Of a stretch of DNA of 64,000 nucleotides, positions 13,952 through 24,189 are shown in pieces. This DNA is from Eledone cirrhosa. Taxonomy: Eukaryota. The position numbers were made by a program, and so were the translations under genes. The first letter of the stretch is position 1; every line of letters starts with the position of its first letter. The stretch lies in assembly GCA_964016885.1 (NCBI GenBank), contig OZ024744.1, forward strand, positions 34,472,001-34,536,000. Reading direction: 5' to 3'. The notes below the pieces were generated by a model, which made no database searches, had not been told where the DNA came from, and was given only the letters and a program-made list of their open reading frames with translations.

Positions 13952-16480
13952 CGTGTGCGTGTGTGTGTTATTATACGTCCGTACGAAACTAAGAAGAAAT
14001 ATGTGTATATATGTAAGTAAAAGAGTGTGTGCTTGTAAGTACGAAGCTACGAGCAAGAGTATGTTAATATAAGGGTGTGTATATGTGTATACAGAGATGT
14101 GAAGGGAAAAATGGAGTGTGCATATTTAGTCGGTCTGAACTAGTTGTATGAAAAGATTTTTATGATCATGAGAGAGCGATAGGAATCTAGGGGTGAATGT
14201 ACAAGCGCGTGTGATAATGGACGAGGTATTAAAGAAATTGAGGAGGTGAGTTGATTCCATGAGGGAAATAGGACCCAAGCCGGTGAATCAGACTCTGTTC
14301 AGTCCTGGTACGCGAGGCCTGTGATCCATGATGTTAAAGGACATCCAGGACTGAGACATGTAGGGAAGAATGACCAGGAGAACAGAAATAAAGGGCGACA
14401 GGAGTATCCATACCGAGTTGTATGTCCCTCAAATGCTCAGCAAAACGGTCCGCCGTACGGCGTCCCATTTATCCGATGTTTAAAGACCCGCAAAGGGAAC
14501 ACCGGAGGGCATAGACAACGTACGTGGATGTTCACGTGAAAGAGTGGCAGATACGGAAAGACCCGTTAGGGCCTGTAAGAGTGGTGAGGGTGGAAATAAA
14601 GGGACAAGTGTTGCAGCGGGGACGAGAACAAGGATAAGAGCCGGGTGGAGTCGTGGGAGAGGACGAGAAGGACCTGCGTACAAGGAGGTCGTGGAGGTTG
14701 CAGGTGTACTTAGATGCAGTAATGGGTGCGTTTGGAAAAAGCGAGAAGTGACGGAAATAGGATATGGAGTGTTTGGTGAGAGTTGGATGGAAGAAGGTGA
14801 AGTCGAGGTAAGAGTCGTAGTCTGTTGGTTTATAGAAGATGGAAGTAGAGAGGGTGTGGTGAGAGTAATTGATAGATAGATAGATATCTAGAAAAGGGAC
14901 AGAAGAATCGGAGACGGAAGTGGTGAAGGTGAGAGCAGGATGGAAAGATAGGACAAAAGATAGAAAACAGTCGAGGTGTTCTCGTTATAGAGAGGTGGTG
15001 CCGATACAGTCGTCGATATAACGACCGTATAGCTCAGGAGTCGGTCCAGCGTACTGGGGGAAGATCTGGGCTTCGACGTAGCCAACAAACAAGTTGGCAT
15101 ATTTTGGTCCCATTTAGGTTCCCATCGCTACTCCAGACACCTGCTGATAGAATTGCCCCGAAAAGGATAAGCGATTGAGAGTCAGAACAAGCTCAGTCAG
15201 ACGGGGAAGAATGGTAGTGCTGGGGTAAGGGGTGGTGTAAGGCTAAACAATGCTGGAGAGCGCGGAGACCGTCATCATCAGGGATGACGGTATAGAGGGA
15301 GGTGATGTCCAGGGTAAAGAGAAGGGGAGAGGAGCCAGGAGGGAAGGAGAAGGAGTTGAAGAGCCTAATGGCATGATTGGTATCCTGGATGTGGGAGGGA
15401 AGATTGCCGACCAACAGGGCGAGGATGGTGTCTAAATATTCAGAAATTATCTCGGTGGGGCAGTTGCACGTAGAAACGATAGAACGGCCAGGATTATTTT
15501 GTTTGTGTATTTTGGGGAGGAGGTAGATGGAGGGTGTCCGAGGGGTGCGTACAATAAGGTTGGTGGCTGTGAGGGGTAGGTGAGATGAGGAGATGAGCTG
15601 GTCGATGGTGGAGGACACGAGTTGTTGGTAGCCAGCAGTGGGGTCGGAGAATAAAGGACGGTAAAAAAGGGTATTGTGAAGCTGGCGGAGAGCCTCAGCC
15701 CTATAGGGGTCAAGGCTCCAAACCACCACATCGCCACCTTTGTCAGCGGGTTTGATGACAATGTCATCGCGACGCCGAAGGTTGCGAAGAGCGGAGAGCT
15801 CAGTCCGCGTGATGTTGGAGTGACGAGAATGCTGGTGGAAACGGAACCGATTCCCAGTACGCCGTCAAGTATCGACAAAGGAGTCGAGGGTGCTGAACTG
15901 GCCAAAGCTCGGTGTCCAATGTGATTGCCAGCGACTGAGACGAGTGAAGTCATCCGTCTGTGTCGATGATGGCGTGTCGTGAAAAATAGCTTTTAGCTTT
16001 AATCGAGGGAAGAATCTTTCAATCTCGGCACGTGTACGGAACTCGTCGCAGGTAGATGTGGTTAGTATAAAATACAAACCACGGGCGAGGAGGGGGCGCT
16101 CAGCTTCGGAGAGTGGTAGGTGCTGGGGTATGATGACTACAGTGCAGGGACGTGAGGGCGTGAAAGGGGCGGAGGCGGAGGGTTTAAGGTGGATAAGCAA
16201 AGCGTGTGCAGATTCAGTGGTGGGGAGAAGAAAGGGGGTGGTAGGTGACGGGATGGAGGGGTTAGGGTTGGAGGTGAAATTAGTATGGGTGGTGACGTCA
16301 GGCGGGGAGCGGAGTGAGTGGAGTTTGTTGTTTTTTATGGAAGTGAAGGAAATTGAAGAGGAGGCGATTGAGATAAAGGATGAATTGGATAAGGGATTCG
16401 GCGAGGGTGGGGGTGGGGGGTGGCAAGTAGGGGAGAGATGGAGGCAGGCCTTGGGGAGATGTATCTATATCACACACACA
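13520..16480 (-). mobile_element. Degenerate PLE (Neptune-like) with RT, GIY-YIG, 3' UTR and pLTR
   Basis: IYLLPKIHK..PGRSIVSTCNCPTE, LFTLDITSLYTVIP, GVAMG region near 15120-15135, GIY-YIG near 14400-14520. Degenerate HHR at 13603-13641 (CUUGUGA-A-GGAC/GUCC-GAAACGUC). Confidence 0.85.
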
Positions 16481-16692
16481 CATGTTTTCCTTCTGTGAAA
16501 CATCTTTTCACTCTCTTTTATCTTTTCATTTTTCCTTCTATAGCCCATTCTATCCGGCCGGTACAGGAATAACTCCCCAAAACTTGAGGACCCATTTCCT
16601 TCTATATGAAGCGGTAAACTAATAAATAACCTCACTGTTCTCTGTGTTGAATCTCCGCATCTCTCTATATATATATTAAAATAACAGATTAA

Positions 16693-16743
16693 AGTTTAAG
16701 CAAAGAATCGCTGCTTTCACCCTTAACGGGGTCTTCTGAAACT
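16693..16743 (-). ncRNA. HHR-like motif with a CAGAAGA core
   Basis: AGUUU-CAGAAGA-CCCCGUUAAGGGU-GAAA-GCAG..UUGC-UU-AAACU. A second copy at 9182-9232 (+) has the same core. Confidence 0.55.
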
Positions 16744-16849
16744 AAAAAAATCAATGTGAACGCAGAAGTAAATATTTCGAAAAACGTTGTGACCGAAAGA
16801 AAACAGGAAGACGATACTTTGGTTCGTGAAGACGTTCGTGAAGTCGTTA

Positions 16850-17596
16850 AATGTAAGTATGTATGTATGTATGTATACGTACATACATATATGAATACAG
16901 ACGTACAGTAGTATGTATATACATACATGCCCACATATGTATATGCACGTATATAAGGTGACGTGGTTGCCTAAACACTATACGGCGTAATTCGGGCTGT
17001 TTGTTTGTTTACAAACAAACAAACCGAGCATTATAATAAATGTTCGGTAAACCGATACGTGCATATATATATATGTGTGCATGTATGTATATATATACAT
17101 ACTACTGTACGTCTGTATACATATATGTATGTACGTATACATACATACATACTTACATTTAAGTAAGAGCCGTACTAAGAGTAAGAAATGAAATTTCGTT
17201 TCATTCTATTCCATTTATCGTTTTCGGTGCGCCCGGCCGACTGAACTCACTCGATATGCAAATTAGGCTGCTCAGCCGTTAATTTGCATAAAGAAAGTAT
17301 ATACTTTCAGACGTTCAACCACCTGGCAGGAAGGTATACAATGCTGACGATAGATAATAAGCTTGAAACTAGTACATCGTTCCTGTGTCAGTGTTGAACA
17401 AAAAGGTGACGTGGTTGCCTAAACACTGTACGGCTAATTCGGGCTGTTTGTTTGTTTACAAACAAACAAACCGAGCATTATAATAAATGTTCGGTAAACC
17501 GATACGTGCATATATATATGTGTGCATGTATGTATATATATACATACTACTGTACGTCTGTATACATATATGTATGTACGTATACATACATACATA

Positions 17597-17600
<4 letters not shown>
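16850..17600 (+). mobile_element. Retrozyme-like family B partial tandem (448-bp period) with a short inverted 5' piece; HHR at 17339-17379
   Basis: AAGGTGACGTGGTTGCC occurs at 16955 and 17403. HHR CAAUG-CUGACGA-...-GAAA-CUAG-UA-CAUCG. Confidence 0.8.
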
Positions 17601-17629
<29 letters not shown>

Positions 17630-17735
17630 CTAATTTCTGCCGGACCGGCAACCGCTCTTTCAAACCAGTTCCTGTACACAGCTAAGTATTCTATAAGTCT
17701 CTAGCTGTGTCATTCTCGATAAAAGCACTGGATAT

Positions 17736-17778
17736 GTAGTCCTGATGAATTCTAACAAGAATGAAACGCGTAGATTAC
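17736..17778 (+). ncRNA. Minimal type I HHR (family A, copy 1)
   Basis: GUAGUC-CUGAUGA-AUUCU-AACA-AGAAU-GAAA-CGCG-UA-GAUUAC. Cleavage predicted after A17772. Confidence 0.9.
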
Positions 17779-18045
17779 TTCCCTTGCTTTTATCGAGAAT
17801 CTAATTGTAATACGTGACGTATTCTATTCTATAGCGATTAGGTCTTCAAAATGTTTATTATAAACATACAGAATATTTTCGAATATTCTATGTCTATATT
17901 CACATATATATCGCTATTTCAGAGCATTTATTCCAATTTCTAATTTCTGCCGGACCGGCAACCGCTCTTTCAAACCAGTTCCTGTACACAGCTAAGTATT
18001 CTATAAGTCTCTAGCTGTGTCATTCTCGATAAAAGCACTGGATAT

Positions 18046-18088
18046 GTAGTCCTGATGAATTCTAACAAGAATGAAACGCGTAGATTAC
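18046..18088 (+). ncRNA. Minimal type I HHR (family A, copy 2)
   Basis: Identical to 17736-17778. Confidence 0.9.
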
Positions 18089-18355
18089 TTCCCTTGCTTT
18101 TATCGAGAATCTAATTGTAATACGTGACGTATTCTATTCTATAGCGATTAGGTCTTCAAAATGTTTATTATAAACATACAGAATATTTTCGAATATTCTA
18201 TGTCTATATTCACATATATATCGCTATTTCAGAGCATTTATTCCAATTTCTAATTTCTGCCGGACCGGCAACCGCTCTTTCAAACCAGTTCCTGTACACA
18301 GCTAAGTATTCTATAAGTCTCTAGCTGTGTCATTCTCGATAAAAGCACTGGATAT

Positions 18356-18398
18356 GTAGTCCTGATGAATTCTAACAAGAATGAAACGCGTAGATTAC
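18356..18398 (+). ncRNA. Minimal type I HHR (family A, copy 3)
   Basis: Identical to 17736-17778. Confidence 0.9.
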
Positions 18399-18520
18399 TT
18401 CCCTTGCTTTTATCGAGAATCTAATTGTAATACGTGACGTATTCTATTCTATAGCGATTAGGTCTTCAAAATGTTTATTATAAACATACAGAATATTTTC
18501 GAATATTCTATGTCTATATT

Positions 18521-18583
<63 letters not shown>

Positions 18584-18588
<5 letters not shown>

Positions 18589-19627
18589 ATTAAATAAATG
18601 GAAAACTATATTTATAAAACCATATTTATTTCATTATATATATTTCGGGGATATCATATTAACAATATGCTATGCCTTCATCAGACAAAATACAATATAA
18701 ACAGTTTTATAGATAAATATATTCGACATACCGTAATAAACATCAACTTCATTTGAAGAGGTTCACTCTAGCAGTGAAAATACAGAGAGAAAGAAAGAGA
18801 GAGAGAAAAGAGGGAAATAAGAAAGAAAGAAAGACAAAACGAAGAAAAGGAAGAAAAAGAAGAAAAAGAAGAAATGCATGGGACAAAATAGAGAGATGGA
18901 AAAATAGATAAAGCGAAGAGCTTCATGTAAAGAGACCGAAAGAGATATATATATATATATAGAGAGAGAGGAAATAGAGATAGATACATATATAAATATA
19001 GATATAGAAAAATTATAGATATAGAAAAATTAGGTAGTGGGAGGTCATTTTGAGTAAGTGTATCAATGATGCATTTATTTATTTATTTATTTATTTATTT
19101 ATATATTTAGCTCAAGTATTAATGTAAGGGAGATATATAGAGAGATATAGAGAGATATAGAGAGATATAGAGAGAGAAAAATTTAAAATTTAAAATTTTT
19201 CTATATCTATATTTATATATGTATCTATCTCTATTTCCTCTCTCTCTCTCTATATATATATATATCTCTTTCGGTCTCTTTACATGAAGCTCTTCGCTTT
19301 ATCTATTTTTCCATCTCTCTATTTTGTCCCATGCATTTCTTCTTTTTCTTCTTTTTCTTCCTTTTCTTCGTTTTGTCTTTCTTTCTTTCTTATTTCCCTC
19401 TTTTCTCTCTCTCTTTCTTTCTCTCTGTATTTTCACTGCTAGAGTGAACCTCTTCAAATGAAGTTGATGTTTATTACGGTATGTCGAATATATTTATCTA
19501 TAAAACTGTTTATATTGTATTTTGTCTGATGAAGGCATAGCATATTGTTAATATGATATCCCCGAAATATATATAATGAAATAAATATGGTTTTATAAAT
19601 ATAGTTTTCCATTTATTTAATATTGTA
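18584..19627. repeat. Inverted repeat with ~430-bp arms, each with a type I HHR (18627-18692 minus, 19518-19583 plus)
   Basis: Arms are near-exact reverse complements. UAUUUUGU-CUGAUGA-AGGCAUAGCAUAUU..AAUAUGAUAUCCCC-GAAA-UAUAUA-UA-AUGAAAUA. Confidence 0.85.
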
Positions 19628-19717
19628 AATATACTCCAAGTATTTGTCGAGTGCTTTTATATCAGTTATAAATATTTACTAGTTGTAACCCAACAATTTT
19701 AAATATAACTTTACATG

Positions 19718-19754
<37 letters not shown>

Positions 19755-19987
19755 TCAGAGTTAAGAATAATGTAAATAAATTACAGAGGTTATTGAAATC
19801 AACAAAAATTAAATAAATACATGCACGCATCCATATATGCCTATACACATGCATACGCGGAAACACCCGCCATGGGTATGCAAATACAAGCACGTACAGA
19901 AAAATACGCGCGCACATACAGAACCCACGCAACGCCTGTACCCGCACACATACGAACGTATACACCAAATACACATAAAAACATATA

Positions 19988-20028
<41 letters not shown>

Positions 20029-20134
20029 CACCAACAATGTCGAGCATAATAAGAAGAAGCTTTATAAGTTTTTTAAAAGCTATAACCTTTCGATCACGAT
20101 AGATAGAAATGATAGAGCGGTCAACTTTTTAGAT

Positions 20135-21604
20135 GTGACTTTGGACTTGGTCACCAATAGTTTTAAACCCTTCCATAAGCCTAATGAAATACTTTCCTAT
20201 GTTAGTCCCAATTCTAACCACCCCAAATCTATGATAAGCTCTATAATTAAGGGTGTATCTAATAGGATTTCCACACTCTCTAAGGACGTAGGAACATTTA
20301 ATGAACATGCGGAGTACTATAATAATGCCCTAGCAAATTCCGGTTACTCTAGTAAAATACATTATAATAATAGTAACCTTAGAAAGTCTCCGCTTATTTT
20401 TAATAATAATAACATAATATCACATAACATGGCCATGAATGGGAGTAGGAAGCATAATAACCGTAAAAATTACATAGGTGTATCTGAACCCATCCATAAG
20501 TTAACCCACGGGACTCGTAATAGTGAATATAATACCTCTAGGAAACAAGTCGAACCCTCTGAGCGCTCACTCATTGGTGATAATTTTGCCGGATCTTATT
20601 CTAATAATGTTGCTTCTACTGATCCTATTATTGGCCCTAATCCTTTTGATGGGATTCCGGACAGCGGCAGATCTACTGGAGGTAGAAACGGTAATAGACT
20701 TAATGGAATTTTGGCTGATTCTAAGAATGCGGTTTTAACTAATCCTTGTAGTAACCCTAGTCTCGATGGTGGGATATTTGATAATGGTAGAGTCGGTAAG
20801 AATAAAAATAGAAGGCGATTAAATACTTATTTTAACCCGCCATATAATCAGGAAGTATTAACTAATATCCCTAGGTCTTTCTTTTCTATCTTAGAGAAAA
20901 ATGTCCCCCCTTCTCATAAATACCATAGTATTTTTAATAAAAATGTTATTAAACTTTCATTCTCTACCACCCCTAATATTAGTTCTCATTTAGCTAGCAC
21001 TAACAATAGGAAAATTAGGGATGGATTCTCCTCTCTACATACTACTAGTCTGAACAGATCTGGAAATGCATTACCACCAGAACAGACCTTATCTAATAGC
21101 AATCCTACGTGTAATGCATCACCACTTGAGCCAACCAATAACACCCGGAAGTGCAACTGTAGAGTGAGTGCTAACTGCCCTTTAAACGGTAACTGCCTCT
21201 TTAAGAACATTGTCTATGCTTGCATAGTTATAACTAATTCCTCTAATAGAACTTATATCGGCTCTACATCTAACACTTTTAAGACTAGGTTTAACTCTCA
21301 TATCTCTAATTTCAAACATGTTAAGTTTAAGAATTCTACTTCTTTAGCACATTATATCTGGGATCTTAAGGGGGCTAATATACCATATAGCCTTAACTGG
21401 CGTTTAGTAGCACGCTCTAATAACCTTTCTACACATACTAAATTTTGTAATCTCTGTATCCTCGAGACACACTCTATAATTTTCTCTAGCGAATCCTTAC
21501 TTAATAGAAAGTCTGAGATATTCTCTTCTTGCCCCCACGCTATTTCTAATTCATACTTTTATTATAAACCTAAAGGTTCTAGTAGTACAAATTGTATCCA
21601 TTAG
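20135..21604 (+). CDS. PLE RT C-terminus and GIY-YIG endonuclease, open over 489 aa
   Basis: FLDVTLDL..FHKP..SNHP; YFNPPYN; CNCR..CPLNGNC; IVY..TYIGSTSNTFKTRFNSH; CNLCILE; LLNRKSEIFSSCPH. Confidence 0.9.
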   Translation: MTLDLVTNSFKPFHKPNEILSYVSPNSNHPKSMISSIIKGVSNRISTLSKDVGTFNEHAEYYNNALANSGYSSKIHYNNSNLRKSPLIFNNNNIISHNMAMNGSRKHNNRKNYIGVSEPIHKLTHGTRNSEYNTSRKQVEPSERSLIGDNFAGSYSNNVASTDPIIGPNPFDGIPDSGRSTGGRNGNRLNGILADSKNAVLTNPCSNPSLDGGIFDNGRVGKNKNRRRLNTYFNPPYNQEVLTNIPRSFFSILEKNVPPSHKYHSIFNKNVIKLSFSTTPNISSHLASTNNRKIRDGFSSLHTTSLNRSGNALPPEQTLSNSNPTCNASPLEPTNNTRKCNCRVSANCPLNGNCLFKNIVYACIVITNSSNRTYIGSTSNTFKTRFNSHISNFKHVKFKNSTSLAHYIWDLKGANIPYSLNWRLVARSNNLSTHTKFCNLCILETHSIIFSSESLLNRKSEIFSSCPHAISNSYFYYKPKGSSSTNCIH

Positions 21605-22894
21605 CTGATATATTCCATTACTTATTTTTTAGTTTAGGTTCTTTTGTTTACCACCATTATTATCATCATTATTATCATTGGTTTTTGACGACTCTTTATT
21701 CTAGCTCTCATAATCTTTTGGCTACTATACCATATCTATCTTCTTACGCATTAAATTTTCACTATTAACACCTTATGAATATATATCTGATTATATATTT
21801 TACATTATTTTATTTTATTTTATTTTATTTTATTTTATTTTATTTTATTTTATTTTATTTTTATTTTTATTCGTATTCTTCTTTGGATAACCCCCCCCCC
21901 CTTCTTCCCCCCATGCGCACATAAACTTATTGTCAACCCCTCCAAATAGACTGATTATATTTAACCCCCCCCCCCTCTTTTACGCTCCTTTCTATTATTT
22001 AATATAATGCCCCTTTGTATCCTCCATATATTTCTTTATTTCTGTCCCTATTAGTCTACCATAATTCTGCTTAAGTCAGTTTTTTAGATATCGTTATGTA
22101 TATGATAGTAAAAAATTTCAATCCTTTTTGTAAACATTTGTAACGAAATATTAACGTTTATAAACTTTAATTACTTAAACTATAGCTAATATTATACTGC
22201 CTTATTGGATATTTTAAATATTTTTAATATTAATTTATCAAATAGGGTTTTCGAGTCATTTACCGGGGTTATTTCCTTAGTTTTTACTTAACTGCATGTG
22301 AGACCTAAATGTATACTTTTGTTTTTGTTTTTTAATTTCCGGTTGATTCTATTTATTTATTTTATTTTATTTTATATTTTATATTTTATATTTTATTTGT
22401 AATACTAATGTGCATTATATTTACTGTCTGGCCCTTACTCACTCATCCACATACATGTCTGTTTACCAACCTTGTAATTATAAGTAATTATATATTATAT
22501 TATGTTAATTATTTTATATAATATATTATATTATATTATATTGTATTTGTTATTGTAATATCGATCCCCATTTACTTACCGTTAATTATATGTAACATTA
22601 TGATATGTTAAACTTTATATATCATGTAAGATGTTTATATTTTTTTGTACCATCATAATTTTTGGGTATTGTACAATTTATTTTTCCTCACCTACTCTGT
22701 AACTCTATATGAATTGATTTGTTAACTTGAATGCCATTATATATTGTATATTATAAATGTTAGTATATTATTATTATAGTATTATTGCGACATCTATATT
22801 GTTTGTGTAAATTAACCGGAGATTATCTATTCTATTCTATTATATTATATAGTATATAATTGTATAGTTTATTATTTATTATATGGTGATGAAT

Positions 22895-23075
22895 TGGCAG
22901 TATCGGTAGAGGGTTGGACGCCATGCTTTGATACATAGAGTTACGGCCCTTGCCATTCTGAGTTCAAATCCCGCCTAGGTTAATTTTGCCTTTCATCCTT
23001 ACGGGGTCGATAAAATAAAGTACCAGTAATGCACTGGCATAATTGCTGGCCTTGTGCCAAAAGTAGAAACAATTA
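22895..23075 (+). mobile_element. tRNA-derived SINE (octopus-type family)
   Basis: Pol III A-box-like TGGCAGTATCGG and B box GAGTTCAAATCCC. Shared body GCCTTTCATCCTTACGGGGTCGATAAAATAAAGTACCAG. Confidence 0.85.
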
Positions 23076-23587
23076 TTTATTATATGTGCTACTTATAATA
23101 ATATCATATTATTACCTCATGTATATTGGGTATATGTATTATTATTATTATTATTATTTTCATTCCTATCATGCTTATTTATATTTAAACTCTTAATAAG
23201 GTTTAATTTGTGCAGTTGAAGATGGATATGTGTATTGATGTATGTGTATGTGTGCGTACGTGTGCGTACATATATACATATGTATATTGTACCTTTTAAT
23301 TTTTATTGTAATTTTAATATTGGTAAAGGTATATTATATTATATTACATTGTATTATATATAATTCCTGCTCTATATAACCACCTTTGTTTAGCTCTAGG
23401 GTTTTTTTGCTTTGGACTATATTTGTAATATGGTTCTTAATGTTATACACCTCCTTAGTAATTTTTATTATATATTTTTATTATATATTTTTACCCATAA
23501 TCTTGCAATACTTTAGTGTATGTACACTCCATATTCTTCGGAGTTTCCGGCTTGTATTGGCCGATAATACTTCTTGTTGTTTTAATT

Positions 23588-23625
23588 GCCCTGATGAGTC
23601 CTTAATAGGACGAAACATTGTCGGC
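23588..23625 (+). ncRNA. Minimal type I HHR in a PLE pLTR
   Basis: GCC-CUGAUGA-GUCCU-UAAU-AGGAC-GAAA-CAUUG-UC-GGC, followed by AATAAA. Confidence 0.92.
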
Positions 23626-23687
23626 TAATAAAGACTTTTGATGTATTGAAGGCTTCTTTGTTTTATTTTCTTAATTCTTAATTTCTT

Positions 23688-23786
<99 letters not shown>

Positions 23787-24189
23787 TATATATATATATG
23801 CGCATGTGTATGCGTGTATACATATAATTATATAAACGTATATAAATATACACACATAAATACGTATATAACGCGCGCACACACATACCTACGTACGTCA
23901 ACCAAAACACAAAGTACACATATACACACACCCTACATACGTGCGAACCCGCATACTCACACAGACGCAAAATTCACGTATACACATAACCATATACAGA
24001 TGTACCAGTATATATAATATATACGCCTATAATATATACAAGCAAATATACGTACGAGAAAGTATAGGTACCTTCATAAAACATACAGGTAATATATACT
24101 TACCTATACAAATAAATAATGGTATAAACATAAAATATACTTATCTACCACATCAAGTCGTAAATTATCCGCGTATAGTTCGTACTATC

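Larger units (their letters stand above)
17626..18530 (+). mobile_element. Retrozyme-like family A: ~2.9 apparently identical tandem copies of a 310-bp non-coding unit, one HHR each
   Basis: TAATTTCTGCCGGACC occurs at 17631, 17941 and 18251. The array is flanked by (TA)n on both sides. Confidence 0.88.
20033..23690 (+). mobile_element. 5'-truncated PLE (Nematis-like) with a ~2 kb AT-rich 3' region ending in an HHR-bearing pLTR
   Basis: ORF 20135-21604 and HHR plus AATAAA at 23588-23632. Assignment of the whole 3' region to this element is inferred. Confidence 0.75.

Noticed and set aside
17626-18530. CRISPR-like array
   Set aside because: The units are identical 310-bp tandems with no unique spacers, there are no cas genes, and the context is eukaryotic.
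22895-22980. tRNA gene suggested by A and B boxes
   Set aside because: No cloverleaf. It is the head of a multicopy SINE.
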